A DNA stretch of 46,733 bases from Octopus bimaculoides (Eukaryota), in NCBI RefSeq assembly GCF_001194135.2, contig NC_068982.1, positions 87,986,452 through 88,033,184 on the forward strand. Reading direction: 5' to 3'. The notes below the pieces were generated by a model that worked only from the letters and a program-made list of their open reading frames with translations, was not told the origin of the DNA and made no database searches. The translations under genes and the position numbers were made by a program. Positions 35,523-46,733 of the stretch are shown here, piece after piece. Every line of letters starts with the position of its first letter. The stretch's first letter is position 1.

Positions 35523-36480
35523 GACACACATATGTATGCATGAATGTATGCATTTGGAGATGATAGTTTTGTGGTTAGTGTGTTGCACATATGATCGTAA
35601 CATTGTGGTTTTGATTCCCTGTTAAGTTTGTCCAGTCATGTGGCAAAAATGAGCAACCCTGTGACGCATTGCGTGGGGGTGGTGCTGGGGAGTTGTATGC
35701 GGTACAGAATCCAGGAAGCCAACCTTATGAGACTATGGCTTTGATATGTATCCATATAGGCACATAAATGCGTGTGTGCGGTTTTGTGTGTGTGGTGTGT
35801 GCATGCCAGTGTGTGTCGTGTGGGCGCATGTGTGAGTGTGCGTGTGTGTGTGCGTATGTGTTTGTTTGTTTGTGTGTTACAGATAGTGCGTTGGCACATG
35901 TATTCCGAAAAGGGTTTTGCTGAAACTCTAATATTAGCTTTTACGCAGAAGTATTTCATCCATCATATAGTTTCAAGTATGCGCATGCGTTGTACATTTC
36001 TGTATGGTGTGTGTCTATGTATGAGTTTGTGATGCAGATCTACATATCTGTATCTGTGTATTGCATGTGTGTACATGAATGAATTTGTTTCTGTCTTGTG
36101 TGAATGTGGATCTATGCGTGTGTACTTTGGACGTGTATATGTACCTATGTATCAGTGGTATGCAGGTATATGCACTTACGTTTATTTGAATCTACTTCAA
36201 AGGCCAATATCCACTCTTGATGTAACTGCTTTTATATTTTTCCCTTTCCTCTCACTCTTTATTGTTTACATGTTTGCATCACAAACTCAGTAATGTAGAC
36301 ACATCATTCCTTTACGTGCACATGACCTTTCTTTGTCTGTTTGTCAGTTTTTCTCGACCCGCCTCTACATGAAGGGATAGAAATATAGCGTAATTACACG
36401 CAGAAAAATAATAGATTATTTGAAATTATTTCAGTTATGTTTTATATAAATTAATTTCTTATACATACAATACACACACA

Positions 36481-36523
36481 CATGCCCACTTGCACACACA
36501 TGCCCACTTGCACACACATGCCC
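36481..36523. repeat. 18-bp tandem repeat (CATGCCCACTTGCACACA x2.4)
   Basis: Directly visible. Confidence 0.85.
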
Positions 36524-37557
36524 CCCCCCACGCTCATTCCCCCCCACACACTCATGCCTTCACATGCTCACATCCATACGTACATACATATATGAACACA
36601 TTGATAGATAAATAATAGATAGATATACCTTTATGGAGATAAAATTACACACATACGTATTAAAAAAAGACAAACATATATGCCTTCGAAACACACACAT
36701 AAACACACAAACACATCCCTTTAGATGAATACATTTTCAAACTTTTACAACACACACATATACACATACTCAAATATACAAGTTATGCATACAGGTTATA
36801 CACCGATGCACCCATACACTGACAAAGTGTGATCGCAAACAAATGACCGAAGCAAGTAAAAGACAGAAGATATATATCTATTTATATATTATACACGTTG
36901 AGCAACATTGTATACCTGTAGACACACGATGTATAAAGTAAACAAGTAAACTGGAGAAGATTATCTTCGAAAGGAAAGAAAACATAAGTTTCAGAGCCCA
37001 ATTTGTATTCCAATTTTGCTTTTGTCTTTATCATTCTTCCTATGTTTGCTTCTATATATAATTCACTGCAATATAACATTCGTATTTGTTTGTGTAAGAT
37101 ACAGCAAATACATATACGTCTAAGAGTTGTTAGTCTCTAAGCTTTTAACTCTAGAGTTACGCATAGTCACGTACTGAGTGAAGATTCAGTAATATGTAAA
37201 AAGGACAACTCTATGTACGCTAATACACTTGCGTAAATAGAAATTTTAGGTCATCTTCGATCGCATCGAACTCAGTAGTTTGATAAAGTTTAAAGAAAAG
37301 TATGTGAAGTGCCTTTTTTGATTGATTGACAAAACTATCGGAAATCACGAACGCACACGCATATTGAAAAAATATATCGTATCCACCGCAAGCTAATGGT
37401 TACGAATGCTTATAGTCCTAATACTGTATAGGTCGTGTTTTGCAGTGAATTCCATACTTCAGCGAATTACTGGAATCAGTAGTCGAATATTCTTTAAAAA
37501 TGTTATGAAACGGTATCCAATTCTGCAGCCTTGCAGAGTTTGTTCTGAATCATACCT

Positions 37558-37630
37558 CCCTGAGTTCAATTCGTGCCGAGGTCAACTCTGAATTTAATCC
37601 TTTCAAGGGCGGTGAATAAAGGACCAGTAA
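37558..37630 (+). mobile_element. SINE family C fragment followed by (CTTT)n
   Basis: CTGAGTTCAATTCGTGCCGAGGTCAACTCTGAATTTAATCCTTTC.. (B-box-like GAGTTCAATTC); (CTTT)n at ~37634-37686. Confidence 0.6.
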
Positions 37631-37654
37631 AGTTCTTTCTTTCTTTCTTTCTTC

Positions 37655-37685
<31 letters not shown>

Positions 37686-38269
37686 TCAGACTGTACTGCA
37701 CTGCGTAGTATGAAGGCTCGTGGAGCAACGTCCACAACAATGATTTTATTAGGAATAGAGAAAGGTTGAATGAGCGACTAGCGACCTTGTTTCATAGNNN
37801 NNNNNNNNNNNNNNNNNNNNNNNNNNNNNNNNNNNNNNNNNNNNNNNNNNNNNNNNNNNNNNNNNNNNNNNNNNNNNNNNNNNNNNNNNNNNNNNNNNNN
37901 NNNNNNNNNNNNNNNNNNNNNNNNNNNNNNNNNNNNNNNNNNNNNNNNNNNNNNNNNNNNNNNNNNNNNNNNNNNNNNNNNNNNNNNNNNNNNNNNNNNN
38001 NNNNNNNNNNNNNNNNNNNNNNNNNNNNNNNNNNNNNNNNNNNNNNNNNNNNNNNNNNNNNNNNNNNNNNNNNNNNNNNNNNNNNNNNNNNNNNNNNNNN
38101 NNNNNNNNNNNNNNNNNNNNNNNNNNNNNNNNNNNNNNNNNNNNNNNNNNNNNNNNNNNNNNNNNNNNNNNNNNNNNNNNNNNNNNNNNNNNNNNNNNNN
38201 NNNNNNNNNNNNNNNNNNNNNNNNNNNNNNNNNNNNNNNNNNNNNNNNNNNNNNNNNNNNNNNNNNNNN

Positions 38270-38314
<45 letters not shown>

Positions 38315-38479
38315 TGTGTATATATATATATGTGTGTGTGTGTGTATAAATATATATGTAAGTATAAGTATGAGTATATATGTATATGTATATATGTATA
38401 TGTGTGTCTCAGAGCACAAGGTCAACAGCAAAAGGAGCAAGATTCCAAGAGAGCAAAAGAACTAAACGAAAAACTTACA

Positions 38480-39270
38480 GTGTACACTGGCCTAGGAGGG
38501 ATTACAATCCCAGATCCAAAATCAGTGCGGGACCTGAGTATCAACGTGAGTGATGATACCACTTTCCAAGTTCACATTACCAAAATGGTGAAAAAGTGCA
38601 GACGGTTGGCTGGCTGTATTCTGAGAACCTTCAGAACCAGAGAGAAGGAAACCATGATGGTCCTGTGGAGGACATTCATCCTCAGCTGCCATGACTACTG
38701 CGCCCAATTATGGTCACTCTACAGTGTAAAATTAACAGCAGACCTTGAAACAATCCAGCGAATCTTCACAAAGAAGATCGTCTCATTGCAACAGCTCAGC
38801 ATCTTGGAAAGGCTGAAACTGCTAGAACTCTATTCTCTGGAACGAAGGCGGGAGAGATAGGCAGTAATATACATCTGGAAGATCCTAAAAAGGATTCTGC
38901 CAAATTTTGGCATTGAAAGCTACTCAAATGCCAGAACGGGTCGCCACTGCACAGTGCCAAAGATCCCAACAATGCTATCGCACTTTAGGACCAGTTACTG
39001 CAATAATCTGGATTTCAAGGGTCGTCAACTTTTTAATATTTTCCCAAAGAGCCTGAGGGACGTACACGAAGTGGATATTTTGAAAACAAGGCTGGATCTT
39101 TTCCTGTCGAAAGTTCCAGAGGAAACCACCTCGCGACAGGAGGCGCAAATAAGGGCAGCGACAATAAACTCCCTTATTCACCACATGCAACATACCAGCG
39201 GAGGCTCTCAGTAATAACAGCGTAGCAAAACGGCGGTGCCCGAACATGATCGCAGCTTTGAGCTGAAATT
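38480..39270 (+). mobile_element. CR1-clade LINE 3' portion (RT C-terminus + 3' UTR), 5'-truncated
   Basis: Single frame VRDLSINVSDD..ILRTFRTRE..DYCAQLWS..LETIQRIFTKKI..RLKLLELYSLERRRER*AVIYIWKIL..FNIFPKSLR..LDLFLSKVPE, with one in-frame stop (38858-60). The 3' end GGCGGTGCCCGAACATGATCGCAGC runs into (TA)n. Confidence 0.92.
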
Positions 39271-40329
39271 TATAATATATATATATATATACACACACAT
39301 ATGGGGGTGTATGTATATATTTATGTATATGCATATAAATAAGGATAAATTTAAATATAAATGTATAGAAAAGTAAATTTTGTTGAGTATTTTTCTTAAA
39401 TAACGTAGCTTATGGCTGAATGCGTTTTCAGTTATATTTTTACATATTGTTCTTTAAACATATATGTAATACAAATGTGAAATTTGGCACAATATTTAAA
39501 AAGTGCAATTGAAGCAGTTTGGAATGACGGTCGAATTGAATAAGTCTCGGTTTCCATTAAGTTCCGTTTGAAAACTTTGATCCTGTTCTTCCAATTGACG
39601 AAAAGTATTTCACTGGAACTACTAAAACAAAAGTAAACAAGATCATAGTTTAAAACGTCAACAAAAGAAAAACCCAACAAAAATCCAGTAGTTATAGCAA
39701 AAGCTTTATAAGGAAAAAAAATGTTAGCTCATATTAATAAGGGAGCNNNNNNNNNNNNNNNNNNNNNNNNNNNNNNNNNNNNNNNNNNNNNNNNNNNNNN
39801 NNNNNNNNNNNNNNNNNNNNNNNNNNNNNNNNNNNNNNNNNNNNNNNNNNNNNNNNNNNNNNNNNNNNNNNNNNNNNNNNNNNNNNNNNNNNNNNNNNNN
39901 NNNNNNNNNNNNNNNNNNNNNNNNNNNNNNNNNNNNNNNNNNNNNNNNNNNNNNNNNNNNNNNNNNNNNNNNNNNNNNNNNNNNNNNNNNNNNNNNNNNN
40001 NNNNNNNNNNNNNNNNNNNNNNNNNNNNNNNNNNNNNNNNNNNNNNNNNNNNNNNNNNNNNNNNNNNNNNNNNNNNNNNNNNNNNNNNNNNNNNNNNNNN
40101 NNNNNNNNNNNNNNNNNNNNNNNNNNNNNNNNNNNNNNNNNNNNNNNNNNNNNNNNNNNNNNNNNNNNNNNNNNNNNNNNNNNNNNNNNNNNNNNNNNNN
40201 NNNNNNNNNNNNNNNNNNNNNNNNNNNNNNNNNNNNNNNNNNNNNNNNNNNNNNNNNNNNNNNNNNNNNNNNNNNNNNNNNNNNNNNNNNNNNNNNNNNA
40301 TGGGACTTTTTTTCCGTATGTTCACAAAA

Positions 40330-40372
<43 letters not shown>

Positions 40373-40373
40373 A

Positions 40374-40506
40374 GGCTTCTTTCAGTTTCCGTCTACCAAA
40401 TCCACTCACAAGGCTTTGGTCGGCCCGAGGACGCCACACAGTGGGACTGAACCCGGAACCATGTGGTTGGTAGGCAAGCTACTTACCACACAGCCACTCC
40501 TGCGCC
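40374..40506 (-). mobile_element. SINE family A, 5' half with internal deletion
   Basis: Reverse complement of the 11464-11620 head and body; lacks the GGGCAAG..CTACTATAG segment between CCCGAGG and ACGCCACACAGTGGG. Confidence 0.9.
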
Positions 40507-42201
40507 TATATGCATATATATATATATATAATTTCATCGCACCATGAATGAAAGTACGGTAGATAATACACTTACACAAATTGTTCAAAGAAACACGTTT
40601 CTTTTATCAGTCTAATCGAGTTTCGCCCGACAAGTGGTTGATTATGACCTTGACTTAAATGGAAAGATTACTGGCATATATACGGTTAAGAAGGCATTCG
40701 AAAATTCTGGGTAGATTGGATTGTTAACTGCATTTCAGACATTGAAATATATGGAAAAATACTTTCTAGTGCAAAATACTTTGTTTTCCGAACTTGGTAA
40801 ATACCTGAAAGAATATATTGTCCCTTCAAATTTCTGGGGCGTGTTTGTGCTTGTATGCACGAGTCCTTCAATCTCTAAGTCAAGAAGCACACATGCATAC
40901 AAAGAAATGTATACAATTAAAGCACAACCGTTGACGCTACTACATCTGTTGCACAGACCAATTAACATACACATTCTCATACATTTCTAGACGACCATTT
41001 AAAACTTTAACTTAGTGAAACTTCATTAGTGTTGACTTGTTAAGCGAATTCTAAAGTATTTGGTAATATTGTTGTTTACTGCCAGAAAACATTGATTTTA
41101 TAATGGTCAGAATTGATAAAACAGCAAGGCAAATATAGGTAGAGATGTGCATACATACATATACATGAATACAGATATGCATCAATATGTATGCATGCAT
41201 AATTTAAGTAAGCATAGTCTACCCACGAACTAGCAAAACTTATGTTCGATATTGTTAACATATTTCTGTGTATATATACAAATTATGTAAATGTATTTTA
41301 TATATATGTATTTGAGTATTTATGCAGCCACACACACACACGCATACACACACACATACACACACGCGCACACTCCCTCTCTCTCTCACACACAAACATA
41401 TCTGTATTTAGTCATACAAACTCGAATATGTCCTATATGTATAACGTACGAAAGTGCATGTCTACAGATTTTTAAACGACAATATATAAGTATATAGTGT
41501 AAAAATGATCTTCAATGGATCTTCTACCCTTGCATTAGCTTGTAAGATGTACAAAAGTACTACGTAATTTATAACATGAACACTAGTGCAGTCATGTAAA
41601 CTAATTCATTATACTCTAAAATAAATTATTTACCCATGATGTTGACTGCGAAATGATCATAATTTTATGGATTCAACTGGTGAAATGTATATATCTTATA
41701 CCTTATATTCTCTCTCTCTCTCATTGAAAAAGAGAGAGAGGGTATTTGCCTTGTGCGCGCGCGTGTGTATGTGTGTGTGTGTGAGTGTGCATGTGTGTGC
41801 ACGTCTGTGTGCTATGCTTAAATGTGATACATTATACCGTAAATCTTTATTATATTAACCGTGTGAACGGGGCAAAGACACGTTAGATTATGATGCCGTA
41901 GAGTCATATAATATATATATAACAAAGGCAAAACAAATATCGGCATTTTTAGTGCATTCAATACAGATTTAATACATGTGCTACAAGTAATTATTTGGGG
42001 AAAAATATTTTGTACCTCTATAGCTTCTTCAGTTAAAACATTTCAAAAAAAGAAAAGCGTATTTCGAAACGTTTCAACTGGAGAAGATAAAAATGAACTA
42101 TTTCTCTTACATAATTGTTTGAAACGCGTATATTAAATGCATTAAACATATTAAAATTGGGTTTGTGTCTCTTACATCTATATACATACATATATATATA
42201 T

Positions 42202-42250
<49 letters not shown>

Positions 42251-42628
42251 NNNNNNNNNNNNNNNNNNNNNNNNNNNNNNNNNNNNNNNNNNNNNNNNNN
42301 NNNNNNNNNNNNNNNNNNNNNNNNNNNNNNNNNNNNNNNNNNNNNNNNNNNNNNNNNNNNNNNNNNNNNNNNNNNNNNNNNNNNNNNNNNNNNNNNNNNN
42401 NNNNNNNNNNNNNNNNNNNNNNNNNNNNNNNNNNNNNNNNNNNNNNNNNNNNNNNNNNNNNNNNNNNNNNNNNNNNNNNNNNNNNNNNNNNNNNNNNNNN
42501 NNNNNNNNNNNNNNNNNNNNNNNNNNNNNNNNNNNNNNNNNNNNNNNNNNNNNNNNNNNNNNNNNNNNNNNNNNNNNNNNNNNNNNNNNNNNNNNNNNNN
42601 NNNNNNNNNNNNNNNNNNNNNNNNNNNN

Positions 42629-42860
42629 TGTTCTAATGGAAGCCATTCCTGAGGAAGTGCCAAACGTCAGACATCCAACGGATCAGTCGCTGGATAGAGT
42701 TGAGCACAGAAATGTTGACATCGAATGGTAAATAATTAAATAAATGGAATAAAAATCGATCGTGTTGAAAGTCTCTATCGTTTTTAAATATACAAATTTG
42801 AAACCTTGGAAATATAAACAATGAGAACGATCCTTAAGGAATCTAATCAATGATCCTTTG
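42629..42860. repeat. Unclassified interspersed repeat
   Basis: Recognised as an octopus-type repeat from memory only; no second copy in the window. Confidence 0.3.
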
Positions 42861-42905
42861 GGGTGAAGTCCTATGCTATATTGGTAACGATTACAAAATT
42901 TACTG

Positions 42906-42956
<51 letters not shown>

Positions 42957-43420
42957 ATATATATGTATGTATATAGATATATGTGTGAGTGTGTGTGCGT
43001 GTGTGAATATACATCTATAGACACATACTTGTAAATATATATTTGTATATATGCATGTATGTGTGTATATATACGTTTATACAGGTATCCTCATATATAC
43101 TTTCATACACATATATGTGAATGTAGACACAAATTCACATATATATACATGAAAAGAATCATATACATTTGCGCTTGTACATATCAGTAAATGCATTTAC
43201 CATGTTATCTCTTTGTCTGCATGATATATATCACAAATATTTATGCATTTTGTGTTCAGACAAAATATGCAATTCATTACGTGCACAATTTCCTGAGCAT
43301 CTGTATGCAAAGGTGTACACATGTACATGTACATAATTCTCTACATACATACATCTATGTATTTGTGCAAAACTACATGCACGCAGTAATTATATGTTTC
43401 GGATATCTCTACATTCGCAT

Positions 43421-43555
43421 GCAGGCATGGCTGTGTGGTAAGTGGCTTGCTTACAGGTCACATGGTTTCGGGTTCAGTCCCACTGCGTGGTACCATGGGC
43501 AAGTGTCTTCTACTATAGCCTCGGACCGACCAAAGCCTTGTGAGTCGATTTGGTA
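43421..43555 (+). mobile_element. SINE family A, 5' half
   Basis: GCAGGCATGGCTGTGTGGTAAG...GGTTCAGTCCCACTGCGTGG...GGGCAAGTGTCTTCTACTATAGCC. Confidence 0.9.
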
Positions 43556-43634
43556 NNNNNNNNNNAGAATATATTTAATTTACAGCCGGGGCTATACACA
43601 CACACAAACATCCACACATACTCACACATGCACG

Positions 43635-43681
<47 letters not shown>

Positions 43682-43720
43682 ACGCACACACACACAATCA
43701 AATGCACTTGTCTATACAAC

Positions 43721-43874
43721 AGGTATCTTTCAATTTCCCTCTACGAAATCCATTCATAATGCTTTAGACGGTCAGAAGCCTATGGCAGAAGACAATTGCC
43801 AAACGTGCCACGCAGTGGAATACGCGGCCATGTGATTGGGAAGAAAGTTTCTTACCTAACACCATAACTGCGAC
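43721..43874 (-). mobile_element. SINE family A, 5' half, diverged, inverted relative to 43421-43555
   Basis: CTTTCAATTTCCCTCTACGAAATCCATTCATAATGC...TGCCACGCAGTGG...CCATGTGATTGG..TTCTTACC. Confidence 0.7.
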
Positions 43875-43891
43875 TACACACACACACACCC

Positions 43892-43924
<33 letters not shown>

Positions 43925-44507
43925 AGGTTATGAAGGGTATTGGATTCAACCAAACCCAAAGATACAGGTAATACCGAGTAAGTGCTGTATACCGGCTAGT
44001 TTTGCCCCTTTCGTTGTATAAACAAGAGTANNNNNNNNNNNNNNNNNNNNNNNNNNNNNNNNNNNNNNNNNNNNNNNNNNNNNNNNNNNNNNNNNNNNNN
44101 NNNNNNNNNNNNNNNNNNNNNNNNNNNNNNNNNNNNNNNNNNNNNNNNNNNNNNNNNNNNNNNNNNNNNNNNNNNNNNNNNNNNNNNNNNNNNNNNNNNN
44201 NNNNNNNNNNNNNNNNNNNNNNNNNNNNNNNNNNNNNNNNNNNNNNNNNNNNNNNNNNNNNNNNNNNNNNNNNNNNNNNNNNNNNNNNNNNNNNNNNNNN
44301 NNNNNNNNNNNNNNNNNNNNNNNNNNNNNNNNNNNNNNNNNNNNNNNNNNNNNNNNNNNNNNNNNNNNNNNNNNNNNNNNNNNNNNNNNNNNNNNNNNNN
44401 NNNNNNNNNNNNNNNNNNNNNNNNNNNNNNNNNNNNNNNNNNNNNNNNNNNNNNNNNNNNNNNNNNNNNNNNNNNNACCATAACTGCGACTACACACACA
44501 CACACCC

Positions 44508-44540
<33 letters not shown>

Positions 44541-44646
44541 AGGTTATGAAGGGTATTGGATTCAACCAAACCCAAAGATACAGGTAATACCGAGTAAGTG
44601 CTGTATACCGGCTAGTTTTGCCCCTTTCGTTGTATAAACAAGAGTA
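43861..44646. other. 170-bp identical duplication on both sides of a gap (43861-44030 = 44477-44646), probable assembly overlap artefact
   Basis: Same sequence and same microsatellite length immediately flanking an N run. Confidence 0.8.
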
Positions 44647-44745
44647 GGGATTATAACATAGGTCGTGTATTAGCGTGTGTATGTATAAAAAGCGAAAAGG
44701 ATAAAGAGAACAATGGCAAAGTTAGAAATATATTTTATGGATAAA

Positions 44746-44794
44746 ATCTTACAGCTGCTACAGGGAAAATCCAATGTATCCCTTCATCGGAGAC
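44746..44794 (-). ncRNA. Mirror hammerhead copy with mutated core (GAAA to GTAG)
   Basis: Minus: GTCT-CCGATGA-AGGGA-tacattggattt-TCCCT-GTAG-CAGCTG-TA-AGAT; stem II is perfect but the GAAA core is broken. Confidence 0.65.
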
Positions 44795-44863
44795 GGTAAT
44801 AGTAGAGGAATGGATTATTACATCTATAAGAGGAGAGTAATAATCCATTCCTCTACTATTACC

Positions 44864-44911
44864 GTCTCCGATGAATGGATACATTGGATTTCCCTGAAAC
44901 AGCTGTAAGAC
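44864..44911 (+). ncRNA. Minimal type I hammerhead ribozyme motif (U4C core variant, palindromic helix III)
   Basis: Stem I GTCT(44864-67)/AGAC(44908-11); core CCGATGA(44868-74); stem II ATGGA/TCCCT (one mismatch); GAAA(44896-99); ACAGCTGT(44899-44906) is self-complementary; GUA cleavage triplet, predicted cut after 44907. Confidence 0.75.
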
Positions 44912-44974
44912 CTTATCCATAAAATATATTTCTAACTTTGCCATTGTTCTCTTTATCCTTTTCTCTCTTTATAC

Positions 44975-45015
<41 letters not shown>

Positions 45016-46188
45016 CAAAATCCATGTAAGTTTTTTATGCAGAACAGGAACTTACACATATAGGTAACTAATACGATTTCAACTGGGAATATCTTTCCAC
45101 TGCACAGTTACAAAATCATTTCACAAAAATAAAAAAAAACAAATAATGATAATGTTTACTCACTACTGCTCTATTACTGAATATCATCAGAAAGCTTTGA
45201 TTAAAACATGAAACATTTGATATATAACATGAAAGATTTAAGAAATATAAATTTTAAAACAAAATAAATGAAAATCAGGGTTGGGAAAATGAGAAAAATA
45301 TGAAGCAAACAACTAAATGAATAACAAATGGTAATTGAACTGTTATGTGTAGTTTAAACAGTAGTAGTTACGTTTATCATAAAAAGTGAGAACTTAGATT
45401 GGTTCTATATGATATAATAGCATTTTATTTTTATTAATTAAAGCACAAGATTTATTCTTTTATGCAAAGCTGAAAAAATAATGATAGCTTTGAATAATGT
45501 GTTGGACTAATAATGATATATTCTTTGATTTTAACATTATTTATATAGTGCTAAGTAACTGACGAATAAATGTTCTCTTTCTTTCACTGTTCAATCTGTC
45601 GTACTCAATTAATCGAGTTCAAGTTTTCAAACGATAACTAATAGGGTAAGAACAAAGCAAAACAAATCAAAAACAGTAATTAATGCTGAATTAATTGTCA
45701 AGTCCAAGAATAGCATGAGAAAGAGAAAGCTGCTCATCAGCTAACAGGTAGCTATCATATCTCAGAAGTATGACTTATGCCGGTTGTAGTGGAATTATTA
45801 AAAGTTTAACTACCAGAGGATACCATGCTAGCAAGGGTAAATAAAGCAATCATTGTTTACTCCCATGTCAACCCTATTCCAACAGGACAACAATAAAAAC
45901 GTATCAAACTTCGTGCTTTCCGTTATAGTGCAGCAGTGAATACGTTTTCCAGAATGTCACACCTTGATTTAAAAGCAGGTACCTTGTGATTTGCAGGAGA
46001 TTTCAGGGGCATTTCTATCAATGAAAGTAATCTGTTTCAGGCATCATTAGTAGTTAGAAAAAAACGAAAACACTTTGCAAATTTGCTACTTGGCATATTC
46101 TCAGAGACCTCTCTTTAAATTAATTCTAAATATTCGTTAAAGATATATAAAATAGGACCATATGGGGATTTTAAAATGTAAAGATAGT

Positions 46189-46194
<6 letters not shown>

Positions 46195-46247
<53 letters not shown>

Positions 46248-46686
46248 ATATTCATATATATATATATGAATACACGCACAGACACACATACTCATGCACA
46301 TATATATAAACTATCTATCTATCTATCTATGCATGTATGTACGTATGCATGTATGTATGTATTTATGTATGTATGTAGGTATGTATGTATGCATGTAGGT
46401 AGGTATATATGTATATATGTATGTATGTATGTATGTATATATAAGTAATAATGGTCCTATATCAGAAATTGATTGAAACTCTTATGTTTTCAATTCCTCT
46501 GTGTGGTATTAGGACTCTATCATTTAATATAATATTGTGCTTTTACCTAACAATATTTGTGATTAGAAATATATACACCTGCTGTTCTTTTATATTCAGT
46601 TAATTTCTCTGATATGATTTACGCATCTACACAATGCAAGCACACACACATATGTATGGATATATGAATATATATATATATGTATG

Positions 46687-46728
<42 letters not shown>

Positions 46729-46733
46729 TATAT
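46195..46733. repeat. (CA)n, (TATG)n and (TA)n microsatellite clusters
   Basis: Directly visible at 46195-46440 and 46625-46733, separated by AT-rich unique sequence. Confidence 0.85.

Larger units (their letters stand above)
44681..44976. mobile_element. Foldback element: ~140-bp inverted arms, 15-nt spacer, each arm carrying a hammerhead motif
   Basis: 44681-44821 vs 44837-44976 differ by 7 substitutions and 1 indel (manual alignment); right end runs into (TA)n. Confidence 0.95.

Noticed and set aside
42645-42672. CTGAGGA...CAAACGTC hammerhead look-alike
   Set aside because: CAAA instead of GAAA, no stem II, and stem I does not pair.
4854-44575. Dozens of long ORFs in the supplied track that contain X runs or YIYI/HTHT/CVCV/LSIY repeats
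   Set aside because: They stay open only because N gaps and microsatellites lack stop codons.

Overview
Eukaryotic, AT-rich, microsatellite-saturated draft-assembly DNA with about 20 N-gaps. The SINE and LINE families look like those of octopus (coleoid cephalopod); this is pattern recognition, not a database result. No complete protein-coding gene, rRNA, tRNA or CRISPR array is supportable, and the long listed ORFs are gap or microsatellite artefacts. The window is a mosaic of decayed mobile elements: an APE+RT LINE (minus, ~1240-4140), Tc1/mariner relics, two MITEs, a Helitron Rep fragment, RTE- and CR1-type RT 3' fragments, at least three tRNA-head SINE families, a Penelope-like element (PLE) with an inverted duplicate of its GIY-YIG end, and a 2.1-kb apparently ORF1-only retroelement inserted inside a SINE. 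The most interesting signal is a set of short back-to-back inverted elements whose 3' ends point outward into (TA)n tracts. Several of them carry minimal type I hammerhead-ribozyme motifs with palindromic helix III; the best is the ~296-bp foldback at 44681-44976. A few short GT-AG-bounded open frames could be exons of a large host gene but are unproven.
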